Shown piece by piece: positions 11,950-24,649 of a stretch of DNA of 64,000 bases; within the stretch, counting starts at the first letter, position 1; the number at the start of each line of letters is the position of its first letter. This DNA comes from Octopus sinensis (taxonomy: Eukaryota): the NCBI RefSeq assembly GCF_006345805.1, contig NC_042998.1, forward strand, positions 133,610,001 to 133,674,000. The letters are read 5' to 3'. The notes below the pieces were generated by a model that was not told where the DNA came from, did not search any database, and saw nothing but the letters and a program-made list of their open reading frames with translations. Position numbers and translations under genes: made by a program.

Positions 11950-12310
11950 GTTTATTTTTAAGTCACAAAAGCTTAATTTCAGTATATAATCTCTATCAAA
12001 AAGGATTTATTGGTACGATACTGAAATATCTGATCTTAGTTCGAATCCAGGCGCTTTGGTGTGAATCTTCTGGTATCATCCTAAGTTAACGTAGATAACA
12101 ATCATATTTCTAAAGAAGGAAGTCAATCAGGTTGATGGCGAAAAGTTGTACAATTGATAAGTAGTAAACCGTATTTTTCATCCGGTTTGAGACAACCACA
12201 TGGTAGTTGGTTGTCTTTGGTGGAATCCACTTTGTATAAGCATTCGCATTAAGTTTCCGGTTTGAATATAACAGAAGACCTTGATGCGTTACTTCCTACA
12301 GCCGCAATCC
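11950..12310 (-). mobile_element. Possible very old Tc1/DD37D-like transposase remnant
   Basis: SVWIAAVGSN..VIFKP and KLNANAY resemble Tc1 VWGx..G..LVF..NAxxY. The rest is barely alignable. Confidence 0.25.
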
Positions 12311-12316
12311 ATACAC

Positions 12317-12735
12317 TTTTACTCTTTAACTCTTTTACTTGTTTCAGTCATTTGACTAAGGCCATACTGGAGCACCGCCTTTAGTCGAGCAAATCGACCC
12401 CCGGACTTATTCTTTGTAAGCCTAGTACTTATTCTATCGGTCTCTTTTGCCGAACCGCTAAGTTGCGGGGACGTAAACATACCAGCATCGGTTGTCAAGC
12501 GATGTTGAAAGGACAAACACAGACACACAAACATATACACACACATACATATATATGTATATATATACATATATACGACGGGCTTCTTTCAGTTTCCGTC
12601 TACCAAATCCACTCACAAGGCTTTGGTCGGTCCGAGGCTATAGTAGAGGACACTTGCCCAATGTGCCACGCGAGGGACTGAACCCGGAACCATGTGGTTC
12701 GTAAGCAAGCTACTTCCCACACAACCACTCCTATG
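12317..12735 (-). mobile_element. SINE family A, full length, near consensus
   Basis: Complete head (B box ggttcagtccc), internal (TA)/(TG) tract and tail ggcggtgctccagtatggcc...gtaaaagag. Confidence 0.92.
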
Positions 12736-13487
12736 CATGTTCATGCTTTCTTCCTCTCTTTTCTCACTTCAGCTTCAGAGGCTCTTCAAAGATCATGCGC
12801 ACTTCACTTCTTGTTCTGACAAAGACATGGAAACAAACAGATTTATCGAACAATTATGTTTGGTAAATGCATACAATTGTTTAAGCATTTTGGGAAAGTA
12901 GATGCAACTGCAAACTACCAGCAAAGCGGAATCATTGATCAAGGTTCAATTCGAGATTTCAGCTACTTCAATAACTAGCTCCATTAATGCTTATAATAGT
13001 GTTTTCTCAATTTTTGAGTTTAGAAGACTGAACAGGCTGATTCATTATCATCCATTCATTATAATCCATTCATTGCCATCTGCGATACCGAAAACTTAAG
13101 TAATTCGCTTTGTTTATTGTACTTATGCGTCTATGTGCGGATATAAACAAATAAATATTATTCTTTCTATAACAATATCAGTTCTATATGAAATTTTATT
13201 CCTTTTACGTGAATGTCATTTCAATAAATTAATTCATTCATATAATTATAGAATTCTCCGGTTTAGAAATAACGATGATGTTTATTTACTCTTCCATTTG
13301 ATTCATAAATATAGAATATTGGAATTAAATGATTTACCTGTTATTTTTCTTAGTTTATGAGATATTTTTCCGTGTGTTCAATAATTCATATTGGAAAACC
13401 TTTTGATTGTCAATGGATTTTAGTAAACTACAACACTCCTCCTTCTCTGCAACCACATACACTGCTTCTTTCTTCTCTTCCTCGTAA

Positions 13488-13527
13488 ATTCATCATCATC
13501 ATCGTCGTTGTCGTCGTCATTCTTCTT

Positions 13528-13558
<31 letters not shown>

Positions 13559-13582
13559 TTATTATTATTATTATTATTATTA

Positions 13583-13673
<91 letters not shown>

Positions 13674-13740
13674 GATCATCATCATCATCTTCATCATCAT
13701 CAACTTCATCGTTATCATCATCGTCTTTATTGTTGCTGTA
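13488..13740 (+). repeat. Compound (CAT)/(CTT)/(ATT) microsatellite
   Basis: Read directly from the sequence. Confidence 0.97.
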
Positions 13741-13802
13741 ACGTGACGTATAACAAAATCAGTGTGAAGCTGAAGAAAATGTCTGGCATTATTTACTTAA
13801 CA

Positions 13803-14500
13803 TAAAGCGGCGAACTGGAAAGAATCGTTAGCGCACTAGACGAAATGCTTAACGATATTTCGCCCGTCTCTACGTTGTGAGTTCAAATTGCACCGAGGTC
13901 TACTTTACCTTTCATCCTTTCAGGCTCGATAAATTAAGCACCAGTGAAACACAGGAGTCGACGTGATCGACTAGTCCCCTTCCGCCAAATTTCAGACCTT
14001 GTACCTATGGTAGAAAGGATTATTTACTTAACAGAATAAGGCGGCAAGCTAACAGAATCGTTAGCCCCAACCCGAACAAAATGCTTAGCGGCATTTCATC
14101 TTTACGTTCTGGGTTCAAATTCAGCCGAGGTCGACTTTGCTTTTCATCACTTGGAAGTCGATAAAATGCGTACCAGTTGAGCAATGGTGTCAATCTAATC
14201 GACCTAGCCTCTTCCCCAAAATTGCAGGCCTTGTACCAAAATTTGATGCCATTATTTACTCTACAAAATAAGGAAGCAAGCTAACATAATCGTCAGCACA
14301 CTAGGCAAAATACTTAGTGGTATTTCATCCGTTTTTACGTTCTGAGTTCAAATTTCGCCGAGGTCGACTTTGCCTTTCATCCTTTCGGGGTCGATTAAAT
14401 AAGTACCTGTTATGTACAGAGGTTGGTGTAATCAACTTAATCCCTTTGCCTGTCCTTGTTTGTCCTCTCTATGTTAAGTCCCATGTTGGCAAAAACGAAA
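13803..14500 (+). mobile_element. Three head-to-tail SINE family B copies
   Basis: Heads at ~13803, ~14035 and ~14270 (aaggcggcgagctggcagaatcgttagc-like; B box gttcaaatt). First two have the tail ending ...ccttgtacc...attatt; the third has the tgtccttgtttgtcc tail. Confidence 0.85.
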
Positions 14501-14904
14501 TAAATATATTCAAATCATTAGAATTTTTATGCTTATGGAGTGTGCAGTCATTAAATCAACGTGCTCCAGTATTTTTATGTGCGTATCTTTCAGGAAGTCA
14601 TATCAAAGTTTTTCAACCTGCTAGAAATAACAGCCAAACTCTGTCAAATTATTTCCTTACTTTCGTAATAAGAAAGGTAATAACATGTTAGAAAACGTTC
14701 GTCTTAGATATTTAACAGGACCGGAATGCACTACATAAAATACGAGTCATGAACAATCTTCCTTCACCAGGTTTTCGTCACCCTCTCACTCATGAGCAAT
14801 GTGCAAATATTTTCATCACCAGCACTTCAATCCTCGCAGCAGTCACTTCATTATTTTGTTTAGCTTTACGAAAATAAATTTTTCTCAATCCTACGGACAC
14901 ATCT

Positions 14905-15105
14905 AAAGGGTCGTTAATCCTGCTAGAAATAGCAGATAAATCAGACACTGTCTTAATATATTGGTTACATGATGTTGTCTTGATACCTTGTGTTTGAAAA
15001 GAAACGGAACGGTTCTGGCTGGAATGCCTTTGATAATATGCCTGCTTAATTTCAGGGCTAACCCAGAGCTAAACAGCAATAACAAAAACAATAACAACAA
15101 CCTTT
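14905..15105 (+). mobile_element. Short interspersed repeat family D with (CAA)-rich tail
   Basis: ctgctagaaatagcag...ggctggaatgcctttgat...gctaaacagcaataac. Related segments at ~14615, 22460-22660, 23460-23530, 57140-57210 and ~60790. Confidence 0.6.
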
Positions 15106-15235
15106 TCAATTAAGTACTAAATTTACCGCTGAGAAAACATGTGTCCTTCTTATTTTTATCTCTTTCTTTCTTTCTCTCTTTCTCTCCATATCGCTTTCTC
15201 TTTCTCTCTCCCTCTCTTCCTTTCTTTTTGCCTTT

Positions 15236-15272
<37 letters not shown>

Positions 15273-15290
15273 ACACACACACATATGCTT

Positions 15291-15322
<32 letters not shown>

Positions 15323-15344
15323 CACATATGCTTACATATATACA

Positions 15345-15391
<47 letters not shown>

Positions 15392-17239
15392 TTGCCACTT
15401 AAATGTGGTTAACCACTAAGGGTGGATGCTACTGTAGCTTATAGCCCCAGGAGAACTTCTCGGGCTGGCTATTGACACACTTTCTGTGCCCTATCAGTAT
15501 TTGCAAAGGGAAGCCATCCTTCCCATCGTCGATCTGACGTGATACGCACGAACCCGGGTTTCTGAGTATTTACCCGTCGTCAGCGCACGACAATCACCGG
15601 TCTTCGATCAAAGATTTATTATATATATATATATCCTCGTACATATTTATATACATACACATACACACACTCATAAGCGCAAACACACACACACTCGCAC
15701 ATGTACGTATACATATTCATGTATACAAATCTTATAAAAGTTTTGCTTGTCTTTGCTTTGCGTTACTTAGCCCGTCGGAAGCGCTTTCACATGATTAAAG
15801 AAAAAGAGGGAGAAAGAAAATCGGGAGATAGGAAAAAGAGGAAGAGAGAAAAGAGTGAGAGAGAGGCGCTCATGACGTGAAGTAGAGGGAATGTAATTAT
15901 AACGCTTTCACGTGGTTGGTTGAAACAAAAGAGAGGAGGAAGGAAAGGGAGAGAGAAAAAGGGGATAAGGTGAAGAGGAAGACAGAAAGAGGGAAAAAGT
16001 AAAAGAGGGAAAGAGAAACGTCCATGAGGTGAGGTAGGGAGAACGTAATATTTATTACGTAGTTAAAAAATGTTTTTTGAAAGTAGAGGAGGAGAGATAA
16101 AAATATAATTTTAGCAGAGGGGTGGTGTTCTGATGGTAAAGTTAAAGAAAGGCACAGAGAGAGAGGGGGAGAGAGGGGATAGATAGAGATATGGTGGTGG
16201 TGGTGGTAGAGATGGATATATATATATATATATGCAATGCAATTTAACGAAAGGTTGTATCATATGTACAGGATACTTTGTATGAAACAAAACGGGAAAA
16301 TAAGAGTGAATATTTATTTTATCAGTGCTGTGTATTAAGTCTATAAAATTGCGCATAAAGTATACAAAGTATATATATAAAGTGCATTAAATAATCCTCG
16401 CATTCCAATTTCTTTTATTTTTCCATGAGTAGCAGATGAGTGACTATTTTTCCATACAGACACAACACAGTCTACGCTTTCAGGCTTTTGGGATAAAGTT
16501 TTCAGAAGTAACCTAATAGGTATTCCATTAATTCCGTGAAATGTTCATGTGTCCCGTTAATACATATAAATGTCTACGTATGTATTTCTTTGTGTGTGTG
16601 TGTGTCTGTCTGTCTGTCTCTCTGTCTGCCTCTCTGTCTGTCTGATTGCTTACTTAATTTTCTCTTCCAAATTACCATAAGCTACAAACCCAGCTTTCAA
16701 TTCTAAACCCACCAAATAAATATAGAATAAGTATTTCAAATGTTGATAAATTACACCTTGACTTTTTAGTCGTTTCATTCTCTTTCTGATCTTTTCTTTC
16801 TTACCTCTTTTTTTTTCTTTTACTCTTTCTTTCTACCTTTCTGCCAATCTATTTATTTGTGTCTGCCAGTCTGACTAATCTCTTTCTGAAAACTTATACA
16901 CAACAAATACGTCTCTTAATTTCACGTAGACCAAAGACTCAGCAGAAAATAATTTTGTTGTTAGAAAATGACCGTCCCCGCATTTTAAAAAGCATTTTAA
17001 CATCTTTACTAGTGATGCTTCATTGATTCTGAGACAAGACTATATTGGCATCAGAATTAAGTTAAACTCTGACCTTTATTTTCACTGTTTGCTTAAAAGT
17101 GCATACGGAGAAAAATGTCAATTTAACGTACACATAAAAGGTCTTATCTTATCTTTTATTCGCATATTTAAATTTATTTAATAATAAAAATAAGAACTTT
17201 CTAAACGTCTTCTGTTTTTACAAAAGTAACCAAAAGTTT

Positions 17240-17323
17240 ATGCCTATATATATGTATATATATATATATATATATATAGATATATATATATATATATACA
17301 TACGTATACATACATATATATTG

Positions 17324-17404
<81 letters not shown>

Positions 17405-17406
17405 GA

Positions 17407-17439
<33 letters not shown>

Positions 17440-17608
17440 TATATATATATATATTATATATATATATATACATATATATATATACATATATACGCATATA
17501 TATAGATATATAAATATATACATGTACATATGCATATGTATACACACACTCGTGTGTATGTGTGTGCGTATGTGTGTGTGCGTAAGTGTGTGTGTGTGTT
17601 TGTGTGTG

Positions 17609-17657
<49 letters not shown>

Positions 17658-17690
17658 GTGTGTGTGTGTGTGTGGTGTGTGTGTGTCTTG
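17240..17690 (+). repeat. Long (TA)n to (TG)n alternating purine-pyrimidine tract
   Basis: Read directly from the sequence; about 450 bp. Confidence 0.97.
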
Positions 17691-18267
17691 CGAGCGATTA
17701 TATGAAAACATGTAGCTACTCTTGGAAAAAGTTCTACTCATTTTTAGAGAAGATTGTGTTACCAGTTTACAAAGACAGTATTTCTGCGATTCTTCCGAAA
17801 CGTATAAGGTCATATAAGGCCATATAGTCTACAGACCATACTAGTTTAATCTATGTCTACAGTTGACTATTATCAGAGATACTTCCAAATAGTTATTCAC
17901 ATAGCAATCTTGAAGTAATAATTCGCATATATAATATCCTGTAAAGCAGCATCGATTTTCCAGCAGGTGGATGAAGAGATCTTTATGGTTGCGAAATGAG
18001 AACTGATTATTTGTTAATACTACTTTATATCTTGTACATTCTGGAGTGTGTGTATACACACACATACACAAGCGCGCGCAAACACACACACACACATGAA
18101 AGGAAGTTTGGTGACAGTGACGTCGAAGTTTTGGCCAGGTAGCTTTTATCAGCTGAAACTTCGAAGTCCTTGTCATCCCTTTTCTTGCAAATGTATGATA
18201 AATCTGTACTCTACAGAAAGGATTGAGTAATTTTAAAGTTAAATTTTAAATTATTCTTAATATATAG

Positions 18268-18540
18268 TACTCCGTCGGTTACGACAACTCGGGTTCCAGT
18301 TCATCCGATCTAAGGAACAACCTGCTCGTGAAATTAACGTGCAAGTAACTGAGATTCTGCGTGTCATAGCCCTTTCAAATACTCATTTTTACCAGCTGAG
18401 GTACTATTCATTTTTGTCAACTAAATGGCTTGGTGCAATGTAAAATAAAGTGTCTTGCTAAAGGACACAACGCGTCGCTTGGACTTATGACCTTACTATT
18501 GTGGGTTGATTACTGTAACCACTAAGCTACGCGCCATCGC
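18268..18540 (-). mobile_element. tRNA-SINE with CORE-like central domain, diverged
   Basis: Reverse complement ggcgcgtagcttagtggttac head followed by gttgtgtcctttagcaagacactttattttac. Confidence 0.65.
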
Positions 18541-19404
18541 CATTGTCAATATAACTAGACATAAAACTAAGCATCAATATATATATATATATGCATATAT
18601 TGCCTTAGGTACCTACATAGTCGTGAGCAGATTTACGTACTCACTTGGCCCTTCCATTTTTATACACAACGGAACATCGTGGGTTTTACAACTTGAGCTA
18701 GAGAGAGACAGAGATATAAAGTGCTGCTTCTGCACTACGCTGGTATTCATTTTCGGATGTGCCTACAGAAGCAATGTGAAATTTTGGGTCTTGCTCGAGG
18801 ACAAAACGCGCTGACTGTCCGGAACGCGACATTATTACCAGTGAACTTACCAATTTAACACCTACTTTCTTTCTCTTGTACACACATCTTTCTCCTTTCT
18901 TTTTCCTCAAAACAGTTATGAAAGCGAAAGCTGATTAGGTCATTTTATCTGAACAGGAACGTAAGATTTCCACGTTCATATTTAAATTTTGCTTTTCTAC
19001 AGTCTTGTTTGCATTTTATTCATTCCCTAACTAAACGGGTATATGACAACAGAAGACACTCGAGATCTATAGAGAGACACAACTTCATCTATAATTGTAC
19101 CTGATGAAATCCAGACTGCAAAATGGATCCAACGCAACATGTTAAGCAATCCCACACATAAGAGACAATAACACGATGGGTCGAAACGAACTTTGTACAG
19201 AATAAAGTTTAATACGAAATCTATCTTCTCGTTACTTAATTAATTAATATGATTACCCCCAGCTGACACTGCAGTGTTCCTGAAGTAGATCCAACGGAAA
19301 TATATACCACGACTGTGGATGACAACAGGTAGCTTAAACTGTGCCAGTGCTCTATTCAACACTTAAACACACTAATCGACTTAGTTCAAAATATTAATTA
19401 CATA

Positions 19405-19917
19405 TCTATATATATAAAACTGTAGTTGTGTGAGTGTCTGTCCCCTTCGATTTAGATTCCTAACTACTCCCACATTTTGCGGTGCAGTTTAACCAAATTC
19501 GGGTATCTTATAGTCGGGATTGATATCGAGCCCGTCTGAGTATTAGCGCGCGTCTACGATGAGTCTACGATTTTAAAAATAATTTAACATCATTTTTTAT
19601 TCCATTTTAATGGATAATTTTTCGTGTGTCGATGGCGGCGGAGTTGGCGTCCATGGTCACACCTGCACCTGTTTGCTTCTCCCCCTTCTTCCCTCCCTCG
19701 TGAAGCTGTGGGGAAGGGAGTGTAAGGAAATCAACGTCGTAAAGCGTTGTCAAGGAGACCAGCGTTCTTTTAGAACAACGACTTCATGGCTTGAAGACAC
19801 CAAAACAGAAATGGCTAAGAAAGCCCGAATTGGCATCTATAAGGGAAATAACTCTCTAAAAATGCTTATATAGTTATTTCCCTTACAAACCCGAGTAACG
19901 CCGGGCGATACTGCTAG
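19405..19917 (+). mobile_element. Non-autonomous Helitron, both termini intact (513 bp)
   Basis: 5' A|TCTATATATATAAAAC; 3' CCCGAGTAACGCCGGG hairpin then GATACTGCTAG|T; A/T insertion with no TSD. Extra 14-bp subterminal IR at 19840-19853/19872-19885. Confidence 0.88.
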
Positions 19918-20512
19918 TATATGTATATTTGAAATGTTTGCAAGTATTTATATAATTGGCGCGCGCGCGGTGTGTGTGTGTATGTGAACTGCATGCATGC
20001 TTTTATAACTGACTGAATGTTTATGATATGCATATATGTACACAAATATATGGAGATATCTGTGTGAGCAAGCGAGTGTTATCCAAACTATTTACGTTTA
20101 CAATCACACTGGATATATCTCCAGTTTCTTTCTCAAACAGATTTATCTATAGAACGAAGTGTGTCCTATATATCTACAGAATTTATGGGTTAACTTTAAA
20201 ACCGTCGCCGTCTATAGATATACTCTTAACCAAAAGAAGACTAAATTCTTCAGGGTAGATATGTTTTGTTTGTTCTCATGATATATATATTTGCAATGTT
20301 TATCGCCACATCAATATGGCTGATCGACGTTACTACCGCCATATTGATGCGGTGATAAACATTACCTCTCAGTAGAGTAACTACTTTCATCTCTTATAGA
20401 GATTTTCGAACTAGCTACTTTGCTTGTTGCAAGATCAGTGACTGTTTGTCGCTTGGTTCTCTATATATTGCGAGCTGAAGCGAATTCCTGCTATCCCTAG
20501 CGACCCGGTGTT

Positions 20513-20554
20513 CACCACTGACGATGGGTACAAATAGCCCGAAACCGTTCGGTG
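20513..20554 (+). ncRNA. Minimal type-I hammerhead-ribozyme-like motif
   Basis: CACCA-CTGACGA-T-GGG(TACAAATAG)CCC-GAAAC-CGTTC-GGTG: canonical core, stem II, CACC/GGTG stem I. Stem III and cleavage site are imperfect. Confidence 0.5.
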
Positions 20555-22082
20555 TAGCGATCCTATCGTCTGCCAGAAAATAGTAGAGGTTCTCTCACCA
20601 GTTTGCAATATATACCGTGTGCAGACTGCGTCGATGACCAGCTGGATGAGGCTCTTCATGGGGCTAAAAATGGTAGTAACGTGGGGATAAACATTACTTC
20701 TCAGTACAATTACTACTTCCAATTCTTTTTTTTCCTTCTAGTTTCAGCTCACGAGCTGTGACCATGCTGGGGCACCACCATTTAACTACTTTCATCTTTT
20801 ATAGAGATTTTCTAGTATAAATTTGCATTTTTTAATGAATTACTTATTACTAAGTGCAAGTGAATGTAAATAGTTGACTGGGGGTAAATGCTATAGATAT
20901 GTTCGGATAAATGCTATAGATATGTTCGGATAACCGTTTGTTCGGGCACCTGACAAACGGGCGAAGGGTAACGGTTTCATATCATGTCATTTGTATTGCG
21001 ATATATCCTTAATTAGTTAAACTAATTTTCAATAGCTGAGAATAGTACTAAGCACTTAGTAAACTATGCACACGTGATTGACGAATATTGTTTGGCTTGC
21101 ATTTCTGAGTTTGTTCCAACTCTTTGAGTTCTGGATGCCTTAGTAATCGTGTAGAACTCGTTTGTACCTAGACAACACATTGCTATTAGGTAAAAGAAAA
21201 TCGAAGGCAAGCAGCAAGGAACTAACTGCGTATCCTCCCGCGTGAATTCTATGACATGCATAAATCTCTTATCGAGGAAGTAACTAAGGATTCTTCCTTA
21301 AACTGATGCATCAAAAAGAAGTGGATAGAATTTATATTTTTATCTACTCACTCCCACACAAACCGGAGTTTGGTTTTGACCCGATAGATAGTAACTGTTA
21401 CCGCCACTGTTGGTCAGTTATCGTCCAGATCAACCCTGACCGAGTAGATCTATTATCAAATACATTCCATTTGTGTGTGTGTTTTTTTTTTCTTCAAGTA
21501 TAGTCTAAACAGAGCAACATTACCTAATATGACCTTCATTTTTCTGGTGGTAGAGACTTACTTCATTTAGGTGTTATTTATAGCAAATCAGGTGAGCACA
21601 TTCACAACCTATATATTAGTATAGAACATAGATAACTTTTTGAGCAGAAGCACTCGAGCTCAGCAATAAAAACGTTATAAATATTTGTCAATACCTGGTA
21701 CAGTACTTACTTAGATGTTTGTTTCTTTGTAAAGCTTAGCCTAACTACAAGCAACGGAACCATTGTATGGTTGATGAGTGTTTGACAAACTTAATCTATA
21801 AATCTAAGTCATTTCTCTGTAACCTTGTTACAAATCATTCTACATTCACTCGGCCAAAATGGAATCAATATGAACGAATCCTTATTTCGTTTTTGTACCG
21901 CTTGTTTTCCTAATCACCCGAAGTCGACCACTAATGCTTTATTTCCGTCCATCTTTTTTCTCTCCTTCTTTCTTTCCACTCCTTATATTTCTTTTATTTT
22001 TATTTCTCCATCTTTTCACTTTACACCTACACTTTTTTCTTTCCTTTTTACCCTCTCTTTAAATCAATGCGACAACAACAGC

Positions 22083-22113
<31 letters not shown>

Positions 22114-22459
22114 GCTAAATCAGCAACAGCAGTAACTATTAAAAAAATGACATCAGCGAACTTTCTTGTACCCCTTTTGCTAAAATAGCAATATTATCAA
22201 CAAAAGCAGCAGCAACCAGAATCGTTAATAAATAGCATAACATAGCAACCAGCACATAACTGCAACCTTAAGTACAACAGCATCCATTAAGTAACAGAAA
22301 AAAAAAATAATAACAGCATACGCAAACAAGAAGGTTAATAGCAGTAATAACATCACTGCTAACTACAGCTTACAAAAATATTATGACACCAACAATCAAC
22401 ATTTCAGCAACAACAAAATCCATTATTGCAAGTCGATGATGAAACCTCTACATGGTAAC

Positions 22460-22660
22460 TTGACTTGTTTAAAATAGCAGGGAATCACCCACTCAGATCA
22501 TAAACTGCCTTTAATAAAAAAAAAAATTGTATAATGTAGTCCTAGATATATGTATATCTGAATTTTTTAAAATGGGATGGTCATGGCTGGAATACTTTTG
22601 ATTATAGGGAACCTTAATCAATGTTGACCTAGAACTGAAAAAGAGCAACAACAACGATTA
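22460..22660 (+). mobile_element. Repeat family D copy
   Basis: aaatagcagggaatc...gggatggtcatggctggaatacttttgat...gacctagaactgaaaaagagcaacaacaac. Confidence 0.55.
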
Positions 22661-24020
22661 CCATTAACAAATGCGTTGAAAGAAAACGATAACATTATAA
22701 TCAAGATCAACAAGAACGAAAGCAACAACAACAATAATAATAACCACCACCACCACCACAGCCACCACTACTACTACTACTACTACTTTTAAAGGAGCAA
22801 AAACCAACGTCAGCAGCAACAGCAACAGCATCCACCACTTAACAGAAACAACCTCCATTATGTTATTCCGAAATCAACATCAGTAACAACAAAGAACTTG
22901 TACTTTAACAAGAAAAAAAGAGTTAACCGAAATCAAATAGCATCATCATCATCATCATCATCGACTACAACAACAAAAACAACTCAACATCATCAAGACA
23001 ACAACAGCGATTCTAACACGAGTACGAACCAACGTAGTCGTATTGTCCTACAAAACATTGTAGTTAAGTCTCCCTTAAATGCGATCCTGTTATTCTTGAA
23101 AAACGATATTTTTGCTTTAGTTAGTCCTGGAATGACTCAACACTGCATCCCGTACCAGGACCTACGTTTGGAAAAATCCTTGATATCGAAAATAAAGGAG
23201 TCACCTTTTAACTGACGCTATTTCCTAGTCTGTTCTGGCCCCGAACATGTCTAGCATACACTATATTTCAAAATGGCCATGGTTCGACTGCTTTTTGTGT
23301 TTTTGTTTTTTTTTTTTTTGACAGACAGACCGACTCGGATTAAACAAAAGAAGTAGCAATTACTAACACCACTACTATTAATACTACTACTGCTGCTACT
23401 ACTTAACGTTACAAGTGATAAAATAACGATGATGGTACTGTTGTAACTGATACAGTTTTTGGTGTTGCTGTTGTTGATTAGCCCCAAGTCACTCTGGCTT
23501 GAACTGACCTACGATCAACGACATTTCAGTCTTCACCTTTCTGTCTCTTATTTAAAACGGTACGGTGTAATTTGAGTGATATTTGGTTGCTATTTCTAAC
23601 AAATCGAATGACTTTGTTATCTGAAAGTAATAATAATATGAACAACAGCAGCAATAACGACAACAGCGACAAAAACTGCAGCAATTATGCAGTATGAGCG
23701 ACCGAAGCGAAACAACAGCAACAACAACAATAGCTGCAATAATAAATAGTACAGTTAAAAAAAAAATAGAACCTAGCATCATCATCTGTTTGAACAATAA
23801 TAGCCACAACTAAAACTACAGCAACTATACAAATGGTATATCTGAAGCAATAAGAAATTCGCAGAAACAAAGCAGAAGTAGCACCACCAGTAATGGCAAC
23901 AACAAAACAACGATAACATTGACAAGAACAATAACAAAAATATGGATGCAACAGTAACATATAATCGCAGCTACGCGACCGAACGACTTAGTGACTTCCG
24001 AAGGAATATACTTAACATAT

Positions 24021-24346
24021 TCGGAGACCCCCTTCGGTCACGACACAGACTATGGGATTGCACCTAGAAAGTTACCCTCTTAGACACAAGTCCGGGCGAG
24101 GTTGTTTATGGAAGACCAGCAGTCGCCCATGCATACCAGCCTCCCCTCTCCACGCCACCAGTTTTATCCAAGGGAAAGACAAAGGTCGATACAGCTTGGC
24201 ACCAGTGACGTCGCAACTCATTTCTACAGCTGAGTGAAGGCGCATGTCTCAGTGGTTAGAGCGTCGAGCTTACGACCGTGAGGTTGTGAGCTCGAATCCC
24301 GGACCCGGCTGCGTGTTGTGTTCTTGAGCAAGGCACTTTATTTCAC
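24021..24346. mobile_element. CORE-like tRNA-SINE with inverted 5' head (body on -, head on +), 11-bp TSD
   Basis: ACTTAACATAT at 24010-24020 and 24345-24355. Head ggcgcatgtctcagtggttagagc...ttatttcac at 24239-24346 on +; body 24021-24238 on -. Confidence 0.8.
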
Positions 24347-24649
24347 TTAACATATATATAGTAGGAAATTATGATAAAAGCAGCAACAGTACACCTCTAT
24401 AAGATACCAGCTGGAAGTGGGGAATTCCTATAAAAGAAATAAACCAATATGTAAAATATAACAGTGTCTGAATAAACTAGAGACGATCCCTATCGGCCAA
24501 AATCAATTAAACTACGAGTATCTGTCGTGGAGATATGTGACTTCTAATGCTTTAGGCAGAACCCTCATCCGAAGAAATGCACTGCTTTGCCACAAAGGCT
24601 CTGCTCGAAACGTTAGAATTTCCATCTCACTATGGTATATATACTATAA

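Noticed and set aside
19095-19140. CTGATGA-AATCC...GGATC as another hammerhead
   Set aside because: The GAAA half of the core is missing (CCAAC); too degenerate to count.
24239-24310. tRNA-like heads (also 9990-10061 and 50484-50550) as tRNA genes
   Set aside because: They have A and B boxes but no complete cloverleaf, and they continue into SINE bodies.
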